A stretch of 63,778 nucleotides of DNA, filler included, from Ministeria vibrans ATCC 50519 (GCA_943704425.1; 5 parts of 5 records of this genome joined end to end with filler, not necessarily neighbours in it), one strand, 5' to 3'; shown: positions 35,773-49,336, numbered from the whole stretch's first letter. Program-made: numbers and translations. The notes: generated by a model from the letters alone, not told the origin.

Positions 35773-37442
35773 ATGTGGAAGGCGGGCGATGCAAGTGGCA
35801 GTAAGGTCAATGCGTCGTCGGTACGTTTCGTTTCCGTTGCGTTGAGTGAGTGATGTCTAACCCTTTCGCCTGACACGCTCGCCCTGTGTGGTGTCCAGCT
35901 TGTCGACTTGAAGGCGGAATTGTTCCGTAAGCGCGAACAGTTTGAACGGGAGAAGACGAATCCAGCAGAGCGTCTCAAGGCTCGCGAAGAGGCGGCGCAG
36001 AGGGTACGGGTGAAGTGGCCCATTGTGTGATTTTGACTTTGCGAGACAATTTGCAGCGCCCCACAAGCGGTATAGAGCGGGCGAACCGGGGAGTGCATGC
36101 ACGAGCAAAGCGCGATGAAGTAGCCCAGGTGGACACGACGCTGGCCAAGCAACTGGAGCGTTCACGCGCAGCGCTGGAGGAGAAGAGTCGAGCTTACGAC
36201 GACATGAAACGACGCGGACTGGACACAGGTAAGTGGGGATGGATGTGGCATGGGAAGCAGCATTGAGACCCCCTGTTGCTTTAGGCGAAGACGGCTCCAA
36301 GCGGTTTCTTGTGGATTTCGAGAAGAAGGCGCTGCAGGTACCGTTTACGAATGACGAGCGACGCGAGCGAGATGCATGGCAGCGGCAGGAGGAGGAGGAG
36401 AACACCAAGGTGGAGTATGTGGATGCGTTTGGACGGACACGGATGGTGACGCAACGCGAAAAGGAGAAGCTGGAACGCATGGATGCAGATATGGGAGAGT
36501 AAGGAGAAACGTCTCGGGGAGAGCATGACGGAAACTGAGAAACCTGTGCATAGGGCGCGACCGGATCTGCTCTCTGTGGACATGGCGCGTGAGCTAGAGC
36601 GCCAAGCGTGGGAGCGAGCGGCGCAGATGGAGATGGAGAGCGAGCCGGTTGCGGCTCAGCCCGTCTTCTTTGAGAATGTCGCCAATGACGGTGCGAGTCG
36701 CGTGCGAGTGTGCCATTGACCGTGCTGATTGTGTTGTGGTTGTGTTTAGAGATCCGCTCAATGGGAGTGGGCTACTTCTCTTTCAGTACGGATACGACGG
36801 AGCGCGAACGTCAGATGGGCCTGCTCAATACATTGCGCGAACAGGTTGGACTGGCGAGAGAGATTGAGAAAAGGAGGGGGCATAACAGCCAACATGATAT
36901 ATATATATATTATAGAGAGAGAGAGAGAGAGAAACAACGCGATAGAGAGAAGAGAGCCAATTGACTGATCGGCTGTGTTTTCTTGTGCTTAGACTAACGA
37001 TCAGAGGCGCAAGAGAGAGGCACTGAAGCAGCGCAGGAAGGATGCATTAGCGAGACGACTGCAGCGAATTGCAGAGCGGAAGCGGGTGAGAGCAGCAGCT
37101 GGAGGAGGAGAAGGACGGAAGTTGGAGGATTTACTGTTGAGGGAAGAGGCGGAGGAAAGAGAAGGGGAAGGGGGGGGGAGGGGAAGCGGAGGGCAAACAG
37201 GGGTCGACGAAGACGAGCTGAATGTAGAAGGTCTTTTGCGGTTTTATCGGGAGCAGTCGCGACAGAAGCGTGCGAGACAGGCGCAAGAGGATGGTGAAGA
37301 AGAAGAAGAGGGAGGAGACGCAGACGGAGCGGAGGACAGCTCAAGTGAGGGTTCTAGCGGCAGCGACGACAGTGGCAGTGACGGCAGTGGCGCGTCTGGG
37401 GAGGACGATGGACCCCCCATCAGCGCACCAGAAGATGAGTAG
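35773..37442 (+). CDS. CCDC174: Coiled-coil domain-containing protein 174 homolog
   Basis: ASS|LVDLKAELFRK; NRGVHARAKRD; LEEKSRAYD; FLVDFEKK; VEYVDAFGRTR; DLLSVDM..RQAWE; EIRSMGVGYFSFS..LREQT. Confidence 0.85.
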
Positions 37443-38280
37443 TGACATGAGAGATGTGGCTGCATTATGTTTTAATTCAATTAATTGTAAGGTGTACAGA
37501 TGTGAAAACCAAGAGGAAGCAAAAAGCCATAATATATAAAATATACCCAAGAGTCATTAGTCACGACATTTAACAATACCACAGTACATAGGTCAATACG
37601 GTCATAGTCAAATAAGCCGATACTCAACCGCAGTGATAGTTGTTATAGTTAATAGTACTATACCACACGAATATAAAAGTAATAATTAATTAAAAATAAA
37701 AACTGTGTGAACAGTGAAACATAAATAATATCAAAATTTGGGACACTTCCAGGTGTTCCAATTGGGAAAATCCAAATGTACCACGGAGATATAAGCGTCC
37801 GTCTGTCTCCTCGCCAGTTGTCGCTTCAGCGTGTTTAACAAGACCCTGAAGTCGGCTTTTAAGCGAGTGGATTCATTATAAAACTCTGTTTTGCCTTGAT
37901 TTATGGATTTTGGAAATGTGGAAAAGACGAATCATGGGCGACATTGTGGGAGAGCACGGGACGACAATCGCACCTGCCCGAGTCACTGATCAGCCGCCAT
38001 TGCCAATTTGTGCTACTGGTGCAGGCTGTATTTGCCATCGAGCTTGCGTATAGCGCATGAGGGTTGCGGGGAAGCGTACTCGAAACTCAAGAACAAAACC
38101 CGGGGCGGTTATCTTTGATTCATCTTGTGGATCCTAACCAAGTGTTTTTATCTTATACAACTACTTATACTCTTGCTCATTCCTCCCTCGGGGCTCGGGC
38201 AAAGGAGTCTTTCCATTCCAGTCGTCGCACATGGTCACACGCACACAATCCCTTGTCTCATTATAGTATTGATTTTGATT

Positions 38281-39334
38281 TTATGATACAGTGAGATGAC
38301 CGGTGTAGAAGGCAAAGGCAGCGGCAGCAAGAAGCAGGAGGAGGAGTAGAAGGATGATAATGAGAGGAGTGCGAAGGGGATGGGGTAGGGGCGGGAGGGC
38401 GTCGACGATGACGGCACGGCAAGTGCGGTCGGCGCTAACAGAGAAGACGTAGATGGGCGGCTGGGGCTGGTCGGGCGCCCCCTGCACGACGGTGAGAGCA
38501 GTAACAAACACGTCGTGCACGGTAGGCAAGTGGTGGCGCAGGCGGAGCGAGGCACGGCGGGCATCCAGTTCGTACACGTCGATGTCGCCCTCGCTCGACC
38601 CACTAGCCAGCACCAGCCGCCCATCGCGCGTGTCTGCCACTGCCATTGTCGTCAGCGGCGCCCCTCGCACGCTGATTCGCTGCTGCTCCTGCAGCGTGTA
38701 TTTTTCGGTCACGGTCCACATGATAATCAGGGATGCCTGAGAGAGGGGAGTGCACAGTTCAGATCCATTTCGTCTTCGAATGCTGTACCTTTTTGGGGTG
38801 AGAATGAAGCGTGAGGAGTACAATACACTTGTCGCCACTAAGAGACTGAATGATGGCAAAGCCCACAGACTTGGTCTGGTACGAGTGTAGTTCGTCGGGA
38901 AGCGCCACTGTGCCCACCGGACGCCCACTCGCCGTCCATCGTATCAACTACACACACGGGCGATCAGAAAAGGGCCTTTTCCTAAACGCGACGCTCACTG
39001 ACCTTCTTGTCGCGACGCGTTGCCGTGTAGAGTTCACGCGTGGCCGGATGAATGCTGCCCGACACAATCTCATCGGGGTGCTTGATGTGTTCCGTTTCAT
39101 TTTGCGATGGAATGCGCACCAATGCGGGCACGCTCCAGCTATTCGGCCGACACTCGCTGCCGCCCACAATAAGGAATCGTGGGCTCGGAATGAGAAGCAT
39201 TTTTTGGCAAATGTCATCGCGATCCGAACGGATCAGCGTTCGGTCGGTCACCTGGCGAGCGATGAGTGTTGACGATTCTTCTTCGATGTGGTACAGACTA
39301 AGAAAAAGGAGAGATCAAGTTGTGCGGGTGTGTG

Positions 39335-39430
<96 letters not shown>

Positions 39431-39817
39431 TTTTTCATGTGTGTGTGTGTGTGTGTGTAGGGAGGGGGGTGCGTGAGGGAAGGGAACGAGAGTAAATGGA
39501 GGGTGTTGTGTGTACCAAGTAAACTCGTCGAAGGTGGCGGCAATCACGGGCCTCTTGGGATAGGACGCGAGAGCAGCACACACCCTGGCACCCGTATCAA
39601 TGGTATCCACTAATAAACTGTCGCAAAAGCGGTACATTTCCTGCGAGGAGGAGAGTTAGACACAAACGACTGCAGCTGCACATACAATCGCATTGCCAAT
39701 GCCCGTTTTGCTCGCTCCACCGCCGCCCCCAACCACCACGGTGAAGCCGTGTCTTGGATGATTTATACATGTCACAGCATAGAGGGGCTGTTCGCTTGTC
39801 GCAACATACCGAATCAT
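38281..39817 (-). CDS. PREB: Sec12/PREB-like WD40 guanine-nucleotide exchange factor for Sar1, C-terminal TM helix
   Basis: N-terminal [21 protein letters not shown]-loop; WD40 blades ([32 protein letters not shown]); hydrophobic tail [18 protein letters not shown]. Confidence 0.85.
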
Positions 39818-40036
39818 CGGAGATTGAAAATGGGTAAAAAAATTGATTAACATTGATACTGATATATTTTTCATATTTAGTTACGATGGCACAAGAGGAG
39901 AACAAATAATGAACCATATGAGAATTGAGATCCAGTACATGGCCAGAGCGATCGGGTCTATGCGTTGCCAGTGAGGATCGGTGATAAGTTGAGTCTGTTG
40001 ACTGGTTGTTCGTGTTACAATAAATTAGATTTATTC

Positions 40037-40430
40037 ATGTTGATACGACACCTTTGGTCGGCCCAAGGCACGGTGGGGACACTTGGGGGCCAGCCTGTAC
40101 GGCGGATGGTTGCGCCGGTGCAGAGGAGAAGACGAGACTTGCGAAGTGTTGTTCTGCGAGATCTTGACAAAGCAAAGCGGCTCGTGTTGAACATGTCAAC
40201 GCGCCATGTGGAGCACATGATGCTCAGCTGCATGAAAGATGATTTGGCGCGAGTGTGCGACGTGTTCGACGACGAATTTCCTCGGCTGTCTGCGCTCGAC
40301 GTGCTTTGGTGCAACGTCGTCGAGAAGGTGATCGCCGTCGAGCATGACCAGGCCCACGACAGCCAGCGTCTGTCGAAGATCCTTGGGAGATACAGCCGGC
40401 TGGATGTACCGCCCGCTGTCAGGTACTAAC

Positions 40431-40490
<60 letters not shown>

Positions 40491-40629
40491 CGCAATTGCA
40501 TTCGCCTCAGAAACTCACTGACTGTGTTGTAGGAGAGTGGTCGGTCGACATGTGGTAAAGGAGCTTTTAGAGATGGAGCTCAGGACCAACCGACGCATTC
40601 GGTCCATGCTGGAGACAGGCTCGTATTGA
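40037..40629 (+). CDS. Hypothetical protein, 2 exons (40037-40422, 40533-40629); Arg-rich N-terminus may be a mitochondrial presequence
   Basis: Coding-like GC composition, ATG after an AT-rich spacer, frame-preserving GT-AG intron containing a (GT)n tract. No family recognised. Confidence 0.55.
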
Positions 40630-40767
40630 TTCAATTGTATAACAAAATTCGTGTTTATTGTGTTTTTCTAAATGAATACGTTGGACTCAAAAGTCAAACG
40701 AAGAGATTTATTTGCTTCGTTTGTTGCTGTCTAGCGACTAGCTAGTAGCAAGTAGCGGCTAGCAGGC

Positions 40768-43700
40768 ATGGAGCACCCCGCGAGTCTCTTTGAAGAGGCG
40801 CGTCCTGCCGCACTCCGCAATCTTGCGCACAACCCGCACGCGCCCGGTCAGTTCTGGGGGCTGTTCATGAAGAATGTGCTACTCCTGCGTCGTCGCTACT
40901 TGCTCACGGCCACCATGTTGCTGTGCGGACCGGCCTTTGTGCTGATTCTCTTTGGATTCGCTCAGGTACGCGCACCCTGGCTGTCGCGCTTGCCTTCACC
41001 GCCTTCTCCTCTTCCCGGTAGATTCCCGACAACAACTACATGCCGCCCTCACCGCCATTTGATCCGGCCTTTCCACACTGCTTCAATCCAACAACATCCA
41101 ACTTTATGATTGACTTTTCGGGCCCCATCATTCTCGGCTGTGGCTTGAGTTTCTTCGCCGTTGTCGCCGTGCTGTTTGTTTCGGCAGAGCGCCACGCCGG
41201 CCTGTACGGCGCCATTGTAGGCGCCGGCGGTAGTCCGGCACTGTACTGGCTCAGCTGGTTTGCTGCCCTGTCCCTTCCTGCGCTCGTCGGTGCGATTGCC
41301 AGTCCCTTGGTGGGTCTGGCGACGCGAATGCAACTCTTTGCACACGCAAACTTTCTTGTGTGGGTCCTCACCTACCTGTGTGCCTCTCTCTGCTGCCTTG
41401 CCATTGGTCTTTTTGTCTCCGGTGTGGTATCGCGTCCTCTCAACACCCACATGGCCAACATGGTGCTTCTTGGCGCCATGATCACCGCTGTGTTTGCTCC
41501 GCTGTTTCAAACTATTCCCTCGGTATGAATTGAATAATTCCTTTGTTGGTTTGCATCATGTTTTGCTTGCTAGCTTTTATTTACAGCGCACCTACCCAAC
41601 TTTCACCTGCTGTTCCTTCTTATTTTTCTTTTTTTTTTGTTCTTTTTTTTATCCTTCTTGCGGCTCTCTGTAGAACGCCTCCTATGATGTGTACGACATT
41701 TTGAGGGTATGGAACAACACATGTGTGCGCTCCGCCGGCATGTGGTCATACGGCTGGCAAGGTGCCGACTTGGGTGGCAACTCGGGAGTCGTTGCCACCT
41801 TTTTCTTTTTGCCGCAATATCAATTCGGTCGCATTGTTGAGGATATCGTGTCACTAACGCGTGTCGCAAACAACGTCACGTTGAGCACGTCGTTTACGCT
41901 CCACGATCTTGCCGATCGGCCCTTTCCCTATTTTGACAGCGACACAGGCATGCTCTACACACTGCCGTCGTCTCTTGTGTCGCTCGTCGCACTTCTCACC
42001 ACCACGTTGCTTTTTCTCTGGCTCGCCTGGTGGGTCTCTCTCGTGTTCCCCGGTCGCACACACCTAGCACCGCGTCGCTGCTGCTTTTGCTTTGACCCCA
42101 TTGTCGCTCTCGTGCGTCGTCTGCGTTCGGGTCAGAGCCGCCGTCGCAACACGTACACGTCAATTGAGCAGCAATCGCTCTTGACAGTGAGTGGCGACGA
42201 TAGCTCGGGACACACGGAGACGGCGAATGGCGCGTATGCAGTTCAACTGAGTGAACTCACCAAGTGTTATGGCAAGAAATCAGTTGTGAGCAATCTTTCC
42301 ATTGGCCTTAATGCCGGCGAGGTGTTTGCCATTCTCGGTCACAATGCAGCCGGAAAGGTGAGGAGAGCTTATGAATCAGAGAATATTACTAAAAAAATTT
42401 AATATTATCATTATTATTATTATCATTATTTTTATTATCATAAATTATTATTGTTGATTGTAGACAACTACGTTGAGTATGGTGACGGGAAGTGTGCTGC
42501 CCACAAGTGGGCAAGTGAGGGTGTTTGGGCGGGATGTGGTCGACGAGGTGGACGCAGTGCGGCGCATGGTGAGTGTGTGTCGACAAGAGGATGTGCTGTG
42601 GCCCCAACTGACGGCCCGCGAACACGTCGAGCTGTACGTGCGACTGCGTTGCTTTGATGCCATGGTGATCCCTCGCGAAGAAATGCAATCTCGTGTGCGC
42701 GGAACCCTTGCCGAGATGAACTTACACGATGTGGCGGACGCGCGGGTTGCCACATTCAGTGGAGGCATGAAGCGCCGTCTCAGCGTGGCTCTTGCAGGTG
42801 TAGGTGATGCACGTGTCCTTGTTTTTGACGAACCTACCACGGGAATGGTACCTACAATATAATTGTAAGTTCCCTTGATTCTCACTCATTGTATTCATAT
42901 TATTATTATAATATAGGACGTAATTAACCGACAGTTTGTATGGAAGTTCTTTCAGCGCATTAAATCGTCGCGAGTGGTGCTTCTAACGACGCACGCCATG
43001 GAGGAAGCGGACCTGCTGGGCGACCGCATTGGCATCATGAATCAGGGCGAGCTGAGGGCGCTGGGGACGCCACTGTTCCTCAAACGGGCGGTGGGCAAGG
43101 GCGCGTACAAGGTGAATGTATTGGCGCGTGAGCCATCAAGTTGTGCAGCTGTGTCGCAGGCAATCGTCGAGCATGTACCAACGGCCAAGGTGGTGACCGG
43201 GGCGGGCACTAGTGTAAAGGTGACAGTGGACAGTGGAGGAATCTCTCGCATGCCACAATTATTTGACTGGCTCACGGCTTCGGCAGATGTCACTGAATGG
43301 GGCATTAGCAACACAACACTGGAGGATGTCTTTTTACGTGTGGGTGGCACAACGTCGACACGTGGAGACAGCACCACTGCGTCCTCGTCGTCTTGCTGCA
43401 TTTGCTGTTGCAGACGCCAGCAAGCGCAGCAAATGGCACTCGTCGACGACGACCGTATCGACCACGACCATGTCGACGACGAAGATGCCCACGATGAAGT
43501 GACTGGTAGCGAGGCACTGCCACGGCCCGAGCGATTGGCGTCGTTTGGGGAGCAGATGCGAGGTGTGATGGTGAAAAATGGGCGTGTGCTGCGTCATGGC
43601 GGCTGGGTGTTCCTGGCCGTCACCGGTGCTCTCATGGTGATCTTTGTGGCGCTTTTTCGCAAGTTTCAGCCGAGCGACGGGAGCACGGCGGGTGTGGCCG

Positions 43701-45502
43701 TGGCCGGCATGGCCTATGTGTTGCCCGCGTTATCATTGATGTTACCGACACTTGTAGCCAGCGTTGTTGGGGACCACGAGGCGGGCATTGTGGAACTGAT
43801 GCGTGTGCAGGGTCTGCGTCGCGATGCGCACTTTTTTGGCATGTTTATATATGCGTTTGTGATGCAGCTGCTTACGAGCAGCGCTTTTGTGCTGGTGGCG
43901 ACCACCATTCAATGCACGGTGCTGGTGCGTTTGGGAAATGCTGGCTGGCCACTGTTGCTGCTTGCTCTTCTCACCTTTTCGTATGCGACCGGCTGTCTTG
44001 TGGTGCTATTGAGTGTGCCGTTTCGCCGCGCCATTGTTGCCTCGGGCATGGTCCTTCTCGTTGCGGTGGCACTTGCCGCCAGTGCCACCGCACTCAATGC
44101 AATCTACCCCGTGGGTGCGCCCCAGCCCGACTGTGTGCTTTGTCAGTATCCAGTGGCACTCTCGCTGGTGCCCCACATTGGGTTTGGCCGTGCGCTCATT
44201 CTCATCTTTTCCATTTATACGGAACAACAGACAGATTTGAACGTGTCTGAAATCCCCTTGGCACTCTTCCTGGCTGTCGTATCGTCTACAGTGCTGGGTG
44301 CGGTGGGCCTTGCGGGCCACGTGCGATGGCGTTGGGGCGCGCACACGCCTGTTGCCAAGATGACGACGACGACGTCGTCATCGTCGTCGTCGTCGTCGGT
44401 GGTGGGGACAGCGTATGGCACAAGCGACGAGACTGGTCATAGGGATTTGGTGACGAACCAAGCAGCGGAGGATGAGTCTGTGGTCGAAGAGCGACAGGCG
44501 GTGCGACGCAACGTGTCGGATGCGGTTGCATTGTTCTATGACGTGAGCAAGACGTACGGCGGAAGTCCTCCAAAGCGAGCGGTGCAACAACTGGATCTGA
44601 CGGTGCGACGCAACGAGTGTCTGGGATTGCTGGGACCCAATGGGGCAGGCAAGAGCACAGCGTTTGGGGTACTAGCGGGTCTCAACGATGCAACGGCGGG
44701 ACGTGTGTTGACCGTGGGCACGGTGGGACTGTGTCCGCAGTTCTCGTGCGTTTGGGGTGACTTGTCTACCCGCGAACATCTTGAATTCTTTGCGACGCTT
44801 TGCGGACTGTACACGGAGCGTGTTGCGACAGCGCGGCGAGTGGCCGCTGCCGTTGGCATTGGCGGGGCTCTTTTTGAGTTGGCTGCGTCTCGTTTGAGCG
44901 GTGGCACAAAACGACGTCTCGCGCTCGCGATTGCACTTGTGGGCAACAGTTCCTTGTTGCTGTTGGACGAGCCCAGTACCGGATTGGATCCGGGTGCTCG
45001 TCGCCAAATTTGGCGTGTGTTGACGAGCTTGCGCGATAGCACGCGTGGCATTCTAATGAGTACGCACTCGATGGAGGAGGCCGATGCGGTTAGCACGCGT
45101 CTCGCCATTATGGCGGGTGGGCGTCTGCGTGCTGTTGGCTCGCCGCTGGGACTCAAGCAGCGCTTTGGCATTGGGTTTACCTTGCAGTTGAGTCTGAGTG
45201 TGTCGGCGACGGTGGAGCGTGTCATGGACTTTCTGCGTCGTGAGGTACACGCACAAGCGGTGTTGGTAAGCACCAATGGTAAATTGGTGACGGTGCAGCT
45301 GCCGGCGGAGGGTCTCGACCTAGGCCGAGCCTTTGTGACGCTGTCTCAAGTGGACTCGGCAAATGCGCGAGAGTCAGAAGACTCGATGGGTGTGCAACAG
45401 TGGATGTTGTCGCAGGCGACTCTCGAGGATGTATTTGTACGCGTTGTTGGCGACGACGTAGGTGACTTGGGCGCCATTGGATTTGCGCGATGGCAAGAAT
45501 AA
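40768..45502 (+). CDS. Full-size ABCA subfamily transporter (TMD-NBD-TMD-NBD)
   Basis: QFWGLFMKNVLLLRR; NBD1 GHNAAGKTT, FSGGMKRRLS, VFDEPTTGMD, LTTHAMEEADLLGDRI; R-domain GISNTTLEDVFL; NBD2 GPNGAGKS, LSGGTKRRL, LLDEPSTGLDP, STHSMEEAD, LSQATLEDVF. Confidence 0.95.
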
Positions 45503-45833
45503 ATAAATGAAGGGAAACGTTTAATTTACAACAGTAAAATCACATAGACGCACAAAAGAAATACTAATTCAAGAGATTCAAAGAAAGGTGAACTTTATAC
45601 ATAATCCATAGTACATATACCGAGAAGACGCACCTCCCGCCTGTAAAATGTAAATTAAACAGGCCAGCTGCCTGCCTGCCAGCAGCAGTCCGGAGAGCGG
45701 AGGGGGTGCAACACTATTAATATTAGGAAAATAAATAGAGAATCGAGATGTCAAAGAACATCAGCTATTAATATTAGTCCATTCTGACTAAAATTTATTA
45801 CTGAATAATTTTTTTTCGTTTTCGAGAATCAAT

Positions 45834-46060
45834 ATGGACGACGAGGATCGACTTCTACCCTCCAAAGACCGTCTGCGGGACTTCAAGGCACGCGGCCCCG
45901 ATGTGCTTGAGAGCCGTCGTCGTCGGCAGGAGACGTCGGTCGAGCTTCGAAAAGCGAAACGTGACGAGACGTTGCAGAAGCGTCGTCGCAACCTCGCAGC
46001 CGAGCCCCTTGAACCCGCCGATGCACAGCTGTCCGCCGTGGCAAAGGTGAGCGTTTGTCG

Positions 46061-46101
<41 letters not shown>

Positions 46102-46265
46102 TTTTTTTTTTTTTTTTTTCACGCTGTCACGTTTGACGACATTTTGTTATGAGCATGCCGATCGTATTGCGCTCTACTGAATCTCTATATCCGCATGCAT
46201 TGGTTGGTGTGACGAAGGTGGCCGTGTTGATAAGGAATAGACTCTTTGTTGGTCATGTCATGTCT

Positions 46266-46296
<31 letters not shown>

Positions 46297-48112
46297 GTTC
46301 CTCTCGTCCTGTTCACGGTTTACCCTGTCGATGTGTCTCGCATTTGTTGTTTATGAGTGATGTTTTTTGGGGGGGCAAGAAGCGCTGTGGTCGGTGTTGT
46401 TTCGCGTGCAACCCATTGAGGAGGCGAGCGTTTCACGGCAATTTCTCATATTTTTTCGCTTCTACCCTTTCCAGTTGGACAACTTGCCTGAGATGGTATC
46501 GCTTGTCATGTCGGACGACCCTGCGCAACAACATACACAGACAATGCTTTTCCGCAAACTTCTCTCGAAGGGTATGTACACCTATGGTGTGATGTGNNNN
46601 NNNNNNTACGTGATGTGAGACATGTCTTGATGTGTCTCATCTCTCTCTTTTACGATACATGCCGTGACGTGTGTTTCATCTCTCTCTCTCTTTCACGATA
46701 CATGCCTTGACGTGTGTCTCATCTTTCTTTTTCTTGTCTTGCAGAGAAGAACCCACCAATTCAAGAGGTGATCCACACCGGTGTGGTTCCACGCTTTGTC
46801 GAGTTTCTCAGCTACTCCCATGCGCCTCGGCTGCAATTCGAGGCGGCCTGGGCACTGACCAACATTGCGAGTGGCTCAAGCGAGCAGACTCGCTTTGTCA
46901 TTAGCGCAGGTAAAACATTAATTTTATTATTATTATTATTATTATGAATTTTAGTATGATGACGACTTGTATTAGTTGGTTTTTTTTTGTGTGTATTTAC
47001 AACAACACTAATATTTTTTTTCTCTCCCAGGCGCTGTTCCCGTGTTCATTTCGCTGCTGGAGTCGCCGACGGACGATGTGAAGGAGCAAGCAGTGTGGGC
47101 TTTGGGGAACATTGCAGGCGACTCGACCGAGTTGCGCAACCTGGTGCTTGAGAACAATGTTCTTCCGCCTCTATTGAGATTGTTTGGCGAACAAACGACC
47201 GTGTCAATGTTGCGTAATGCAACCTGGACACTGAGCAATCTCTGTCGCGGCAAGAAGCCGCCGCCGGACTTTAACCGCATCCGACATGCGCTGCCAGTGC
47301 TGGCGCGTCTCATTTACTCGCGCGACGACGAGGTGCTCACCGACGCGTGTTGGGCATTGTCTTACGTGAGCGACGGAGACAACACCAAGATTGGGGCGGT
47401 CATTGACGCTGGGGTGTGTCGACGACTCGTGGAGCTGCTGATGCACACCATGCCGTCCGTTGTGACACCTGCACTGCGCACCGTTGGCAACATTGTGACG
47501 GGCGACGACATGCAGACGCAAGTGGTGCTCAACTGCTCGGTGTTGCCCTGTCTGTTGCATTTGCTCAGCTACAACAAGGAAACGGTGCGCAAGGAGGCTT
47601 GCTGGACCATTAGCAACATTACAGCGGGGCATCGCGATCAGATTCAAGCGGTCATTGAGGCGGGTCTCATTCCGCCACTGGTCGAGATTTTGTCAACGGC
47701 CGACTTCAAGACACGCAAGGAGGCCGCCTGGGCCATTTCCAATGCGACATCGGGGGGCATTCCTGATCAGATTGAGTACATCGTGTCGCAAGGCTGCATT
47801 CTGCCCCTTTGCGATCTTCTCGCCGTCTCCGACCCCAAGATTGTTGAAGTTGCCCTTGAGGCCCTCGAAAACATTCTCCGCTCCGGTGATAACGTCTCTC
47901 GTCCGATGGGCACCCCGAATCCTTATGTTCAAGTGAGTAATCTTGTTGTTGTTGATGTTCTTGTTGTTGGTGTTATCGTTGTTGTTGTTATCGTTGTTGT
48001 TGTTGTTATTGGTTTTTATATTCTTTCTAAAGTTTGTTCTTTTGTTCCTCAGCAAGTCGAAGAGGTCGGTGGGATTGAGCGTATTGAAGGACTGCAGCAC
48101 CATGACAACGAG
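45834..48112 (+). CDS. KPNA: Importin subunit alpha (3' end truncated by contig end)
   Basis: IBB domain [24 protein letters not shown]; ARM repeats [92 protein letters not shown]. Confidence 0.97.
46585..46730. repeat. Imperfect ~40-bp intronic tandem repeat beside a 10-N gap (46597-46606)
   Basis: TGTGTYTCATCTCTCT...YACGATACATGCC(G/T)TGACG repeated about 2.5 times. Confidence 0.6.
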
Positions 48113-48177
48113 GTTTGATTATGAAATGAGGTTTTTTTTAATGATTATTATTAAAATTTATACTGTTTTTTTTTTTT

Positions 48178-48277
48178 NNNNNNNNNNNNNNNNNNNNNNN
48201 NNNNNNNNNNNNNNNNNNNNNTTAATTAATTAANNNNNNNNNNNNNNNNNNNNNNNNNNNNNNNNNNNNNNNNNNNN
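48178..48277. other. Artificial contig spacer N44-TTAATTAATTAA-N44
   Basis: Same linker as 31421-31520. Confidence 0.98.
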
Positions 48278-48322
<45 letters not shown>

Positions 48323-48336
<14 letters not shown>

Positions 48337-48581
48337 GTGTAGAGTGTAATATGACATTGTCGCACAAGACGGAGTTTCAGGAGGTTGCGCCGTGTCTGGT
48401 CGACCTGGAGACATCACAACATTATTTTATGGCACCCTCCACGTAAGTTGAGAAAGTTATATTATTAAATCAATTATAATTAAAATATTGTGTGTATGTG
48501 TGTAGGGACGACTGTTTGCACTGGATGGATGCGCTCAAGGCACTCATTGGCAAGTGCAAAGAAGACACCAAAAAGACGTAG
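48323..48581 (+). CDS. 3' end of a probable PH-domain protein (two exons)
   Basis: Spliced ..CLVDLETSQHYFMAPSTDDCLHWMDALKALIGKCKEDTKKT* resembles the last strand and Trp-containing helix of a PH domain. Confidence 0.55.
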
Positions 48582-48688
48582 AGAGAATAAGATCAACAAA
48601 AAAAGAATATAGGTTTTTTATACAACAATTACATGTTGCGCAAGGCAGCCGATGAGAAGGAGATGAAAAAAAAACCCCCCCTTCGCGG

Positions 48689-49336
48689 TTAGGATAGCAT
48701 GTTGTGGAAGGCAGCGGATTCTTTGGCGTTTGCCGCGGGCGAGTCATAGAAGTCGTAGAAGGGCGAGAGAGCGCGCGAGAGTAGTGGTCGAGGCCAAGCG
48801 GGAGCGTCCTGGAGGAGATGAAGCAGGTCGAGGGCAAGGAGAAGGCGAGAGCACGAAGGGAGTTGGTGGTGGACGAAGTGGCGAGAAGAGTCGGTGTCGT
48901 GGGAGGTGGTGAGGAGCCGCGTGAGACCGTCGCTCAGCCGAGGCACATTGTACAGGTCCCGCAGAACGGTGAGAATGGGCTGGGCGGTGGCGGGCCACTG
49001 GACTGCGGCAACGACAAGAAGTGCATGCTGGTGATGGGGGTACTGCGACGCGCTGAGCAGACGATCAATTTCGCTGACAGCGTCGAGAAGTGCGTAGGTT
49101 GATCCGTCAAACAGATACGCTTCAAGAGAGTGTGCAGGAGCTTCTTGAGTCGCGATCGCCTCCACTCCAACACCTTGCTCACGAACCCATTCCAGGAGGG
49201 GAGCGGGAACGACGCCCGTCGGCTCACGAGCGAGTGACGAGGCAACGTTGAACGTATCGATGTTGCTGTTGAAGTGATCCTCGATCTCGGCGCGATCCGT
49301 GGCATGCAGCAGGCTGTGTAGCACAGAGGCGTCCAT
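48689..49336 (-). CDS. Hypothetical protein, 215 aa, intronless
   Basis: MDASVLHSLLHATDRAE..FHNMLS*; GC-rich ORF bounded by AT-rich flanks. No family recognised. Confidence 0.6.
   Translation of the reverse strand: MDASVLHSLLHATDRAEIEDHFNSNIDTFNVASSLAREPTGVVPAPLLEWVREQGVGVEAIATQEAPAHSLEAYLFDGSTYALLDAVSEIDRLLSASQYPHHQHALLVVAAVQWPATAQPILTVLRDLYNVPRLSDGLTRLLTTSHDTDSSRHFVHHQLPSCSRLLLALDLLHLLQDAPAWPRPLLSRALSPFYDFYDSPAANAKESAAFHNMLS

Noticed and set aside
38091-38112. ACAAAACCCGG resembling RNase P CR-V
   Set aside because: No matching GAAAGTCC CR-I upstream and the following bases do not fit P4.
47933-48051. Hydrophobic Val/Ile stretch in the importin alpha ORF suggesting a membrane anchor
   Set aside because: It is a GTGAGT..CAG intron with (GTT)n repeats that happens to lack an in-frame stop.
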